Origin: Hamiltosporidium tvaerminnensis FI-OER-3-3
Lineage: Eukaryota; Fungi; Microsporidia
Reading direction: 5' to 3'
Assembly: GCA_022605425.2 (NCBI GenBank)
Contig: JAKIMF020000007.1
Span: 682,001-746,000, forward strand
DNA: 64,000 nucleotides
The notes under the pieces were generated by a model. The model was not told the origin of the DNA. It searched no databases and worked only from the letters and a program-made list of their open reading frames with translations. Below, one piece after another: positions 47,678 through 60,563 of the stretch. The translations under genes were made by a program, and so were the position numbers. How positions within the stretch are numbered: the stretch's first letter is position 1; each line of letters begins with the position of its first letter.

Positions 47678-50600
47678 GAGTCTATTAGACCTATAAAAAT
47701 AAATATTATGCAAATTAACGAGAATTAAAGAAATAAATATCAAATTATATACAGAAAAGACAATATATGTATAGGTAGTACATATTTGATATTATAAATA
47801 AATATAATTTTTTACTTAGTTTATCTTTATTCTTCAGAAAAGTCATATTATTTGTATTTGTGGCATGTCTCTTAACTTTTAATATTGATGAAACTAGAAA
47901 TTGCAAGGCTTAATGAAGCTATAAAAATATCAAAACTACTAAAGGATGCATGTGAGGAACGATTGGATATTTTAAATTATATGTCTAGTAAAGTTAGTTA
48001 AGGAATTTTATAGACACTCAATATTTAAAAATAGGTTAGGTATTTCGTTTTTTCAATTCTTTTGAAAATTTGATTTTTTACTTCGCAAGATTATATCTGA
48101 GTATTATATTGTACAAGTTTATATCAAGGAACACTTGATAAAAAAATTAAAGGATTTTCCGGAACAATAGTTCGAATATATCGCCTTTATATGAGAAATT
48201 AAAAGAGAAATAGTAGCATGTTGAATGTAGAAAATTTCAAGAAGTTTGCTTCAAATAACTAAAAGTGAAAAATTTAAAAAAAGTATGACTTGTTGAAAAA
48301 TACTTTATATTTTCAAAAATTTGCTATTGAGATGACATATGTCATAATATGAGATGTAATTGATACAAATTACTATAAAACGTATCTTAAGAAGCTCAAT
48401 ATACTTATAAGAATAGAAATATATATACAATCGAGGGTGTTCAATAATACAGTTGAAACCTTTTTTAAGATCTAAAAAGTTATTTAAATCATAAAATCTT
48501 CGAAGAATTTAAAGAAATGGTATTATAGGAAACATGTAATGAGCGGAACCTACAGGAAACACATGTAATTATTAATGACACTAAACAATGAAAACAGTGT
48601 AAAAGAAATAACCACCAAAATTATTTGCCTAAAGATATGAAAAAAATGTGGGAAATTAAATCTATGACCTTAAGCCTTTAGAAATAAATCAAATATAAAA
48701 TAAAACAAGATATGAAAAAATCTGCAAAATTTATTTAAAAATAGTTCAAATCGAATACTTCGTAAATTTCTGCATTATAAATCTATTAACTTAAGTCGTA
48801 AAATAATTAAAAGGGTTGTGATACAACCACGTCAACGGCTGTTTCACAATGTTTTGCACCGAAGATTACCCTCAAAAAAATATATAAATTAAAACTTAAA
48901 TTCATTTTTTGAATTGTGGTTGGAGAAATTTATCTATTCAAAAAAATTTTAAAAATTCTATTTGTAGAAAAATGAACAATCTTTAAATATTTTTTTAAAA
49001 AAATTAATGTTTCAGAATATAAAATAAAGTCTTATTCAAAAATTTATTGAATAGAATTGATTTAAAATAGAAATTTCAATTTTTTAATAATAGAAACAAC
49101 CTTCAAAAAATCTTTAGTAATAAAATATCACTATCTTCGCTCGATAGTGTATCGTGATTTATTTTTTTTCACTTAAATTATTATTTGCAAAACAGTTAAC
49201 CTAGTTAGCAAAAAGAGAATCAAATCATTTTCACAAAATTATATTTTAATTTGTAAAATAAAAAAGCACATTTAAGTAATAGCATAATATAAATACATCT
49301 AAACGTAAAATATATATAATTTACTTTGTTTAAAGTTGATATATCAAGTTTTTATATATTTGGAAAATAATAATAAAATGATACACCTAATCTACTGTAT
49401 AAATTTTCAGAGATGATTACATTTCTAATCAATAGAAAAGTTTAAAAAGAACTAGACTTCATAAAAATAATCACTAGTTTTCTACTATGATTTCAGACAA
49501 AAAACAAATTTGAATTTTAATTCATAAAATATTTCTGTATAATGATTAATTTATAGTATTTATGTCGAAAATATCAGTTGAACTTAAATATTAACTAAAT
49601 TTAAATTATAAATCTTTAAATTTCCAGTTAAATATTTTCTTCGCTGTTTTTATATTCAAATATCTCTAGCGTGATATTTAATGTGTTAACAAAACATTAA
49701 ATTCAATATCTTACATAAAATAATGTTCGTTTTAATTTAAATTAAAAGAATCGTTATGGAACAGTTTTTGAAACATAAATATGTTATTGAAAATGTATCT
49801 AATGCAAACAAAATATAATGTTTGGTTTTAAATTGCTAGTTAAAAACGAATAATTATATGAAAGAAATGTAAAATTTATATTGAATTCTATGAATACAAC
49901 ATTATTTTAATTACTTTATTCAATTCTTTTTTAAAAAAACTAAATAGAATGATTTTTGAATAAGTTGACGATCGAAGAAAAATTTATACACGAAAAGCAA
50001 AAATATATTTAATAAAAACTTTTCAATAAAACGAATAACATAATATAAGCTATATCTAAAAAAACCTAAAATAGTTTTGAAGTAAGTATATAAAAACTAA
50101 AATATATATATGCCTTAAACTGAAAATCAAATACCATCTATATAAAAATAGTAAAAGTATTTACACTTATATTCTGTATTATAAATTTTTATGAGAATTA
50201 AAGATTTAAGAAACATAAATATTTGAAAATAGAATTTTCTTTGACCGAAAAAATCTGTTTAAATCCAGAAATTTCTAAACATTTTAAACTGGTAATATTA
50301 GAAAATTGTGAATTAAATTAATTGAACAATTTATCTTCACATTTTGAGAGATTTAAACAAATAAATAAAATACGGTTTCTGATCTAATAAATCCTAAATC
50401 CTAAAGATATTTTTTTCTATAACATTGTAAGAAAATTTTTGTAATCATATTTGATGTGAATTTATTTTTTTTAAATATTCTAGTATATTATAAATTATAA
50501 CGTTCTTTATTTAAAAATGATTTTACTCTAATATTTTTAAAAGAATAGAACGAAACTATAAATGAGGTTATATAAAATCATATTCAAAGAAAGTCAATAC

Positions 50601-50848
50601 TAGAAATTATTAATAATAGTTTATTCATTGGTTTAGGTATTCCCATCATCTTGCTTTTTTTAAATATAGCAAAGCAAGTATTAAAATAAATTGAATTATA
50701 TTTTCTTGGCGAATCTTTACATTTTGTTTGCTACATCTAAAGTATTAGTAACAATTTTTTTTTAATTTTCAGGAAATTTTGTAAAAAGTTCTATTTTACA
50801 TAATAAATGGGGAATTTTTTTAAATTTATTGTTAATTCTAGTTAAATA

Positions 50849-51592
50849 TGAAATATAAAATTACTTTATTTAAAAATATCACGTCTTTTTTAAACCAGTG
50901 GTACGTGCTATATTTGCTTTCATTACATTAACTCAGTTCTGGATTTAACATAAATATCTGCTATCCAACACTCTAACAGTACCCCTTTCGATACCTAAGT
51001 CCCTGAGCCTTTCATCTAAAAGGCATGTAAAACCTAATAAATAGGCGAGGCGGTTGTCCGGTGTTCGTTAATGTCCGTTGCATTGGGTGTGATCGAAGGT
51101 TGAAGCCCCCTCCATAGGCACCCCGAGACTATGCAGCATTTCCACTTAATCTACACAATCTGAACCCAAAAAACTTCTGCTAAGATATATTTCGGAGATT
51201 TACATAGAGCCCACTTAGACAGTGCAATGTCATACCAACAGATATAACCTGCTACTTAGCTTTCCTGGCTTTAAATGGTTTTTTGTTTTATATCTCCCAA
51301 GCGCTAATCTTTTAAACCGAGTGAGCAAAGCTAGGTTTCCATACTTTTACAATGGCAATTACTTGCATGTTCAGCTACTCTTAATCTTGTTGCATAAAAA
51401 ACTACAAATAAATTTGTAGAAAAAGTTTCTCCATTTCTTAGACCTCTCCTCTTCATAACAACTCCCATGGAACAACCGAAGATGTAGTATGGTTGTATTC
51501 CCACCAAAAATCCAAAAAAAAGATTTTCAGAGCAGTTTCACACGCTCATTGCCAAGCAGAAAGTTTTTTTGTGGTTATCCTCCCGCTACTTT
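50849..51592 (-). mobile_element. ~740-nt SINE-like retroposon (mirror of 28452-29196)
   Basis: TSD ttctagttaaata at 50836-50848 and 51593-51605. Confidence 0.9.
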
Positions 51593-52245
51593 TTCTAGTT
51601 AAATAAAAAATACAAAATTCTAATTTACCTAAAGTATTTAAACACATCCGATATTTTCCTTTGCATTTATTATATTTTTGATGAAATGAACAACCACATT
51701 TTAAATTATCGTTACTTACTATAATTTATAAATTTTAAACTATATTTTTAGTTGAATAATAGTGGTAAAAAGAAATGATGAATAAAAAATTTCATGAAAC
51801 ATTATACTAACTGAATAAGAATTAATAGGCTGGGTTTATTTTTTAGTCGAAAAAGAAATTTTCAGTTTCAAAACATATTTTCATAATTTTTTATTCATAA
51901 AAACGATTTCGTGATTTTTTAGGAATAGAATAATTTTACCAAAATAAAAAGCCAAGATTTATTTAAATTTTTATTGAATTTATAAACAATTTAGAAGTGA
52001 AAACAGTTAAACCTGTAAAAAAAGCCATTTATAAAACACATTTTGTTTAACAGGAAAAAATTACCAGTTAAATTAAACCATTTCGTATTGTTACGAAAAA
52101 TATAATATCATTGAACTAATTTAACTCATAATCGATATAAAGTAACTAAGCTTTCAAATAGAATAATTAAAATTGAGGCATTTTAAAAAATTTAAAAAAC
52201 ATGTGTTAGAAAAAAGTATAAATAGAGATAAATCTCATAAAATAG

Positions 52246-53031
52246 ATGATAGACTATATTTTAAACGTGAAGAAAAAAGATAGGAGAAAAATATCATATT
52301 GGAAGCTAAATAAACAAGAAAAAAAATGTCTTCATCATTATTGTTTTATGAAAATGCTTCGATTACATAGAATAGAATATTATGACAAAGCGATATTTTT
52401 TTTAGGCGATTTTCTTTGTTTTTGCTTCAAAACCAAAATCAGACCTAAACAAAAAAAATACCTAGATCCTATAGTATTCAAATTAATAGAAAACATAATC
52501 AAAAGTGAGCCAACAATTGTGAATATGTTTCTTCATCGTGGTGAATTACCTGATACACATACGAAAAATGCGCAGTTAAATAGAATAAAAAAATATGGTT
52601 TAAAGGAATTGTCAATAGAACAAATTGCAAACTTGCTTATAAGTCTTGTTAAATCATATGGAGGGTTATTTCATAGAGAGCTAGCATACCAATTACATGA
52701 TGCACTTTTTATTGAACCAGACTATGAGGATTTTGGATACTTTGAGTATTATATGAGATTTGCATTTACAGAAACCGAAAGGAAACTTTTTAGAGAGCTT
52801 AAAAGCATGTGGATACATTTAAGCGAATGGAAACATACTGTATTAACAGATTTGATTTTTGCTAATCTCGATATGTATTTTCCAGAATGCTTATACTTCA
52901 ACAAACACAACATAAATACCCAAATAAAATTGATAAATTATTTTAACGACTTTAATTTTAATGATGTGCCAATAGTTTTAATAAAAAAAGCAACTTTTAT
53001 GTTTGAAAAAATTATGGCCAAAAGAAAATAG
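52246..53031 (+). CDS. Divergent RhoGAP-like protein, second copy
   Basis: Identical to 27012-27797 except one S/F substitution. Confidence 0.55.
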   Translation: MIDYILNVKKKDRRKISYWKLNKQEKKCLHHYCFMKMLRLHRIEYYDKAIFFLGDFLCFCFKTKIRPKQKKYLDPIVFKLIENIIKSEPTIVNMFLHRGELPDTHTKNAQLNRIKKYGLKELSIEQIANLLISLVKSYGGLFHRELAYQLHDALFIEPDYEDFGYFEYYMRFAFTETERKLFRELKSMWIHLSEWKHTVLTDLIFANLDMYFPECLYFNKHNINTQIKLINYFNDFNFNDVPIVLIKKATFMFEKIMAKRK

Positions 53032-53575
53032 AAATTTAAACATTTTTTTTCTATTTTTTGAGAAAATTATATGGCTATTTTTTTCCAGGATATATCTTCA
53101 AATAGAACAAAAAAGTTGATTCGAAATGATTACAATCAACGGGTAATTGATTGAATATAATTTTTCTAAAATAGGAATTATATCTAATTTATATTCAATG
53201 AATATATTAACAGAAATCAATTTAATTTTAATAATATTCTAAACCTAGCCTTCGCTATTTTAAAAGAATGATCACAGTTTACAGATGAAAAAAAGGGAAA
53301 TATTGTATAGAAAAATATAGGGTAAAGAAATATAGAAATGCTGAGTTAAATTTTAAAAATATTTATAAATATATTCTGAAAGATACTAAAAATATCTTGA
53401 ATCACAAAAAAATATCTGAGATTTTCTTGTAATATTTATTCCTAGAATAATATTATATACCATGTTCTTGTACATTTTTAGATATAATTAAGATATATTT
53501 GGTCATGATGATGCTTTAAATAAGTTATCTCTGAATATTAATTTATTATTTTTTCAAATTATATTACTTTGTACT

Positions 53576-56480
53576 TTATATTTCTTTCTGCACAATATTA
53601 TTCTTTAATATAATAAGAATTTCTTGGATTTGATTCTTCGTTTCACAATTTCTTGAAATATTTAGGCAATTTTGAATTAATTCCACTTCTTCAAACCATC
53701 GATACTTTTTCTAAGAAATAATAAAGGAAATCGGAATATTCCGGTTCAAAGAATCTTAAAAAATTTATAAATATAGATTCGCATATTTTAGGTTCCATTA
53801 ATGCACATATTAATAATTTAATACACCACACTAAACAATTCTCATAATTCAAAGTAATAGCCCGTTCGATAAACTCAAAGCTATTTTCATAATCCTTTTC
53901 TTCTAAGTATTTCAATGCTAAATACGCCCAAGATTTATAATTATTTTTGAATTCTATTGCTTTATAGAACCAATTGTAAGATTCTTCGGTATTTAAAAGA
54001 ATTAATCCAATAAAATTGTAAAAGTCCTCATTTCTTTGAATTAAGGAACTATTTTTAATAAATTTGGTAACAATTATATCCTCAAAATCAGAATTTATTT
54101 CGTTTCTAATAAATTTATCCTTAAATTTAATCGAATTCAAAATAAATTGACTTTGGATATAAAACTCATCTTCAAGTTCATTTTTTTTATCCATAAAAAT
54201 GTAAAAATCAATTTTAAGTTTAAGAATAAAATCTTTAAAAATCTTATACTCAGCTTTAAGTAGTTTTTGGCAATCTTCACTGTATTTATTGAATTCATTC
54301 GGTGTTTTTCTCATAATATTGTTATATGAAGTTAATTTTTCAAAATTCAAGCATTCTCGTACGATTTGTATTTCATTTTCATCAAAATTAAATTCTGAAT
54401 TATTTATCTCGGAATTTAATCTATTGATTTCAAACAAAGATTCTTCTGAATTTCCTAAAATATTTAATAATTTAATTTTTTTTAATATGAGTACGTGTGA
54501 TTTAAATTTAAACATCGATTTCTCTAAGATGAGAATAGAATTTTCAAATCTATTTAGTCCTTCCAAAGAATCTGCTAAATAAACATAACATTCGAAGTCT
54601 TCTTTTATTGAAATAGCTTTTTGAAAACTATTTTCTGCTTTAAGAAATTCATTTTCCTTAAAATATAATTTTCCTAATTCAAAAAAATATGCAAATTGAT
54701 TTTTTCTATAAACAAAATTATTTTCTAAGAAGGATATAGCTTTTCTCGTTCCATATTTTATATTATAACACATTGCCAAATCTACTGCATAATTCTTTGA
54801 ATCATTGAACGCCAATTCAAAATAATATATCTTTTTATCTAAATTATCTTGTAATTCTCCTAATTTATAATTTGCTCGATGATTTAATCTATTTTTTTGA
54901 ACACTCGTTTCTAAAAATACAATCTTATCATCAAAATTATCTGAAAGTATCGCTTTGAAAAAATAGAAATTGCTGTCTTTATCAAAAATATCACTATCAT
55001 ATAATTCAAAATAATTTTGCCTTTGAAATTCTATTTTTGAACAAATAGAAACATAGAAAATCTCTTCAATAATTTTTTTTAGAGTTTCTTTTGTTTTATC
55101 ATCTATTATTTTTAATTTACTCTTATTTTTTTCAAGTCTTTCATAGAATTTTATAAATTTATCATTTACGTAAGTTTTAAATTCTGTTTTCTTTGTCTCA
55201 TAATCTGTCGCACATTTGAAATTTGATCCTATAATTTCAATTTTTATCGAATCCGTGTTTTTAATTCGAATTTTCATTAGTTTTTCATTTAATGAAATAT
55301 TTTCATTATCAGCAAAATTCTTATTACAATCTAAATAGTTGTTTTCTAGATTAAAAATAATCATTTCATCAATATTGTTTTGAAATATATATTCCAAAGA
55401 ATTCTCGAAATCTACACATTCATTTAAAGCAAAAATAATCATATACAATGTTTCTAAATCTTCAAAACTGACTTTATTTTTAACATCATTAATTTCATCA
55501 AACATTTTATAATCAAAATACAATTTTACTAAAAAGTCATAAATTCTAGAAGTTTTAAATTTCAAACAATCAACGCTTTCATAATATTTTATTATAGGCT
55601 GTATAACAGAAATGTTTTTTAAATCTTTTTGTTGAATAGTATAATTGATTTTTAAACACATGGAAAATAAGCTTTGTTCAATTAAATATTCCGTATTTAG
55701 ATCTATAAAAAAAGGCTGAAAAGATCTATTTTCTCCGAAATCCATCCTGTATAAATTTATAATGTTTTCAATTGATACATTTTTGTTCCCGGACTTGATA
55801 AAATTATCAATTTTTTCTTTTTTTGTTTTATCAAATTCCAAATAAATATCGGCGATATGGAGTTTTAATATATCAAAATAAAAGATTTCCTGATTAATGT
55901 TCTCTGCTACTAAATCAATCTTAATTCGTTCCTTTTCTAATCTTATTTTATTTTTAATTTCCTTTTCCGAAAATAGAACTCTTTTTTTATAAATTTCATA
56001 ACAAAATTTCGTATAAATTTCTTTAATTTTAATAAAATACTCTCCAAAATATCGCTCTTTCTCGATTTTGATATCACAAAGAAATTCAACATATTTTTCT
56101 CCTTCAGAAAGCTGTTCTAATGTTTTCTTTATTAATTCTTGATATTTTTCTATTTTATTATTTTCAAAATATTTATCACAAAGAAATTTATAATAAACCA
56201 AGTTTTCTTCTTCTACTTTTTCTGAAGTCAATAAAAATTTTTTGTTTAGTGATTTTACAATTCCTTGTAAATATTTCTCTTGCAGAGGTAATATTTTGTA
56301 TAATTCTATTGATTCCTCTATATCATTTAAATCATCACTCCTTTCGGCCAAAATATATGCTTTTAAAAAGTAAAGTTCATCTTCTTCTGAGATTGATAGT
56401 CCAATATCACATTGCTGTAATGCATAGGAATAATCTTTTTTTAAAATATTTATTTTAATTTCTTTGTATAAATTCTGCAT
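53576..56480 (-). CDS. SKI3: Ski3/TTC37-like TPR protein, second copy; 1-bp homopolymer insertion near the C-terminus (~53706-53710)
   Basis: Continuous ORF 53691-56519; the other copy's stop maps to 53576-53578. Confidence 0.65.
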
Positions 56481-56859
56481 AAATAGGGATTTCAGTATTT
56501 TAAATTGTTTTGAAAACAATCTGATACGGATTTTACAAGTAAATATGGTATGTGGAAATTTAATTATTCATGAAAGTGATTTTACAAGCAAATAATTATT
56601 CGCTTTAATAGATCTAAACAATATTTAAATATGAAAAATCATAATTTCTTGTTTTAACAGAAGTAAGAGAAATTCGGGGTTATTAATCTACTTAAGTTCA
56701 ATTAACGGTTTTAATATTTTAAGATTTTATCAAAGTATTTGAGTATTAATATACTTTTATTTAAAAAGATCGTATATTATGGTTTATAGTTTGATGTTAT
56801 CCGATTGCCCAATTTATTTTAATTTATATAATAATTACTCCTGCTCTTCTTGGGGTTGT

Positions 56860-58360
56860 AGGTTATTGAAAATACCTTGAAATAATAAAATGCAGCAGTT
56901 TAATCTCACAACACATAGGTCATTTGGGCAATGTAGATTAAATTTATTCGATTATTCACTTTAAAGCTATCTATCAACAGCCAATTGCCTTAATAAAATA
57001 TTATATAGTAGTACTTCGGCTTGGGCTGGCTGAATTCATTGAGTTAGCATGCAGTAAAAGCAATGTTAGTAAAAAACAAAATATATCTAAGTTCGGGTTT
57101 AAAAACCATTTATACCTTTCTTGTAAAAACCTAGAAGAACCTTGGATAGTTCGAGTTAAAAAACGAAAATGCAACTCTTATATTATCTAGAAGGTACAAA
57201 GAATTATCGACTAAGAGAGCAAGCATCCTAAACGTAAAGAATAATCATAACATCTATTTTGGCCTATAAAGACATTTTACATTTAAAATACGGATAACAG
57301 AGGAAGTCAAAAAGAAGAAATTAGAAGAAACTCAACTAGCTAACTTATGTAGTGAAATGGAAAACGAAAACTTCAATCAAATTTATATACTTCTGAAAAA
57401 TGTCAAACTAATACATATTAATGACTCCTTAAGAGGGTTCAAGAATATAAGGATAAGACCGGGCGAAGAACATTGTTCTGCTATGTTCAGAATAGAAAGT
57501 ATTTTGGTGAGCAGAAGGTTGTGTCAACATTAAAACAACCTATAAAGGCCTTAGATCGCGTAGCGACAAATTGTTCGAAAATATATGGTAATGACTATAC
57601 TAGTTGGCACAACGAAGAGGTAGAAGCATAGACTTAATCTTTCTAAATAGATATAAATTCAAATCTTCAAAACGAATTAGAAGTGACTCAGTTCAGTAAA
57701 TTTATGAAAATGAGTTGCGGAGATTAAACTTCAGTAAAACACTAAATCAAAATTCTGAATAATAGACCAGATATTTCATTTTAGACAGTAAAAAAATATG
57801 ATAGCCCTTATTAATTCGAAATCACCTCTAAATGTTGAATGCAAAAAGTTGAAAACAAAAGAAGTATAAGCATGACTTATTGGCCAAGGAATAGGTCGTT
57901 TTTATAAGTTGGTTTTGAGCTAATCCTTTTGTGATGACTTGAGAGGGTATTGTAACAAAACACCATAAGTCATATCTCAAAAGACGGCAATTACCCATAA
58001 ATGTAGGTATATTTAATCGATACTACTTAAGAAGACTATCGAAACAATTTTTTTTATCGATGAAGAGTACTTGAGTCGGGACCAAATAACGAATAGAGCT
58101 GGAAGAGTGCGTCATTAATGCAATTGAAGGATTTGTTATGTAAAATAACCAAAGCCACTCTATAGAAAAATAAAAACGAGGAATATGGTGTAAAATAAGC
58201 CAAATTCGAGATATATTGAGCCTCATAAATTAAATAACGTAACATTGATGGATAAACCAACAATAAACTTAAGTTGAAGGTTTGATCAATAGGAATAGAA
58301 GGAAGAGCCTAAAACATTATAGAATATAATTTAAAGAGAGAAAAATTTTAATAACCGGTT
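56860..58360 (+). mobile_element. Degenerate RLE non-LTR fragment spanning the outer edge of the inverted repeat
   Basis: Mirror of 22321-23180, then continues with NNRPDI, EGIVTK and ELEECV remnants. Confidence 0.8.
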
Positions 58361-58649
58361 TTTAATGTAATAATAATTTTTTAAAGAAGATAATAAAATA
58401 TGTAGTTTAAGCAGCAAAAAATGAATTTATTTTTATAAGTTTATAATACTTAATCTAAAATTTCGCTTTTGTAAATAGGCCTAAATTTGCAGCTTTTAAT
58501 GCATTACTCAAAGTTAATTAAAGCTTAAAACACTAATATTCAAAAAGATTAATAAGATACTTCTTGTATATCTCACGAACAAATCTTTTTCAAATAAATT
58601 TTAAACAACAAATGCGTTTTTTATTGGGTTTTAGAAATATGAAATCAAT

Positions 58650-60563
58650 TTATTTATATTCAAGTATGTTAATAGAACCCTCACGACCTTTAATTTTCCA
58701 TTTTAGAATTACTAAGTTATCAGAACCGATCAGAACAACTTTTTGTTTCTTTTTAATATAAAAATTATATTTAAATAAAGAATTTTCTGCTTCAAAAGAT
58801 ATTAATGGTGTGATCCAAGTACATATTCTTATTTGACTGTTACTTCGATTCTCGGCTAATATTTCTAGTTCAAATAGTTTTTCCACAATAGTATTCATAT
58901 TTATTAGAATTTTTTCGTAAAAATCTTCATTAATCCAGTAAATAACAGATATATCATTGCCTTTAAATGGTTCAATTTTTTTAAAAAGATAAAAAATCTC
59001 TTTCTTGTGAAAATCCGAATCGTATTTTTCCAGACCAGAAATAATCATTTTTGGTATAAAATCATTTGCTTTTTCCGTTTTAAATTTTATTTTGTTAATT
59101 ACTGTTTCACCGACAAATAATGAAATAAATTGTTTATAATTTAAAAGTTTAAGTTTAAATTTGGGTATAATTTTTTCTAGTTTAACATTTTTAATATTTG
59201 TATAAAATAATTTATCATTTTTTTTAAAAAGAATATTTTGTATATCTATGCTTACAGGGATATTTATATTAAATACATTTTTTGTTTTAAGCTTTTTGAA
59301 AATATCTATTTTTATGATCGATTCTGATATATTTTCCAAATTCGGTTCAACCGATTTGTTCTTAACAATTTTCTTTCCCAAAATTGCCAAAATTTCTATT
59401 TCACCTGTAGAATACAATTCTATTTCTATTTTTACATTTTCCAAAAAATAAATTTCATTTTTATTATCATTTTTTTTTGCCTCAAATAAAAACGTTTCGT
59501 TTCTGTCTAAAAACACGTTCTTTTCACCAGAAAATTCAATGTTTTTGATTAAAAAAGAACTTTCTTCGTACTTTAAATATTCTACACTTCTGAATAGCTT
59601 ATCTGTATAAAATTTATAGCAAATTCCACTTTTTTGATAATCTTCGCTAATTACGTATTTATGGATTGATTCAAATATTTTCTTCCAGTTTTTCTCGGTA
59701 ATCATATCAAATATTTTACATTTTATATAATTTTTAAATTCTAGGTTTGTACAATCTTGAATAGACAAAAATGTTTTTAAAAAATACATAGATGCAAGTC
59801 TTTTAAACCCTTTTTCATCTAAAGCAGATGCCAATTTATAAAAGAAATATATTCTTTCATTATAGCTGTATATTTCTATATTAATATGTTTCAATATGAA
59901 TAAAATATCACTAAAAATCATATATTCTAACAAGTCTGTGACCAAATGAATCTCTCTCTGTATATTTCTAAAGTTTTTAATTATTTTTACAATATTTTTT
60001 ATATTTTCAATATTTAAATATTCAATTTTTGTCAATTTATAGATTTGACTAAAAATAGAAATTTCAATCAAATTGTATTTCAAATCTACAAAACCCTTCC
60101 TTTTTGCTAATTTAAAACCAATTCGTATAACATCATCACACATTTTTAACAAATTTAATTTTATATAAATTTCAGCACATCTTAAATAAAAAAATTCTTC
60201 ATTATATTTATCTTTCTTTATATCAGCTATTAATTTGGAGATATATTTATTTAAATAAATAATTAATGTCTTCTTATATTCTTCTGAACTGCATTCTTCA
60301 TCAGAAATAATAGAAATTTGTTCTTCAATAAACACTACAGTTTTGTTTTTATAAAAAGAATAAATGTCTATTTTATTTGTAAAAGAAGTTTCTTTAATTG
60401 AAATATTCGTACTAATAAATTCAATATTTATGTAATCACTGTTTTCAAATTCTAACTCCGACAGTATTGCTTTATTTAAATTTAATTCCGTGTAAAATAT
60501 TTTTTTTATAAATTTAATCATCCTATTATTTCCTAGATGAAGTATTTTTATCGAATTTCTCAT
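58650..60563 (-). CDS. Large protein, possibly divergent TRAPP II subunit Trs120/TRAPPC9
   Basis: 637-aa intact ORF; FYKLASALDEKGFKRLASMYF resembles the Trs120 G(F/L)xRKxAF helix; helical N-terminal half, beta-rich-looking C-terminal half. Confidence 0.5.
   Translation of the reverse strand: MRNSIKILHLGNNRMIKFIKKIFYTELNLNKAILSELEFENSDYINIEFISTNISIKETSFTNKIDIYSFYKNKTVVFIEEQISIISDEECSSEEYKKTLIIYLNKYISKLIADIKKDKYNEEFFYLRCAEIYIKLNLLKMCDDVIRIGFKLAKRKGFVDLKYNLIEISIFSQIYKLTKIEYLNIENIKNIVKIIKNFRNIQREIHLVTDLLEYMIFSDILFILKHINIEIYSYNERIYFFYKLASALDEKGFKRLASMYFLKTFLSIQDCTNLEFKNYIKCKIFDMITEKNWKKIFESIHKYVISEDYQKSGICYKFYTDKLFRSVEYLKYEESSFLIKNIEFSGEKNVFLDRNETFLFEAKKNDNKNEIYFLENVKIEIELYSTGEIEILAILGKKIVKNKSVEPNLENISESIIKIDIFKKLKTKNVFNINIPVSIDIQNILFKKNDKLFYTNIKNVKLEKIIPKFKLKLLNYKQFISLFVGETVINKIKFKTEKANDFIPKMIISGLEKYDSDFHKKEIFYLFKKIEPFKGNDISVIYWINEDFYEKILINMNTIVEKLFELEILAENRSNSQIRICTWITPLISFEAENSLFKYNFYIKKKQKVVLIGSDNLVILKWKIKGREGSINILEYK

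Larger units (their letters stand above)
48040..57725. repeat. Inverted segmental duplication 2, right arm
   Basis: Reverse complement of 22321-32021. Confidence 0.96.
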
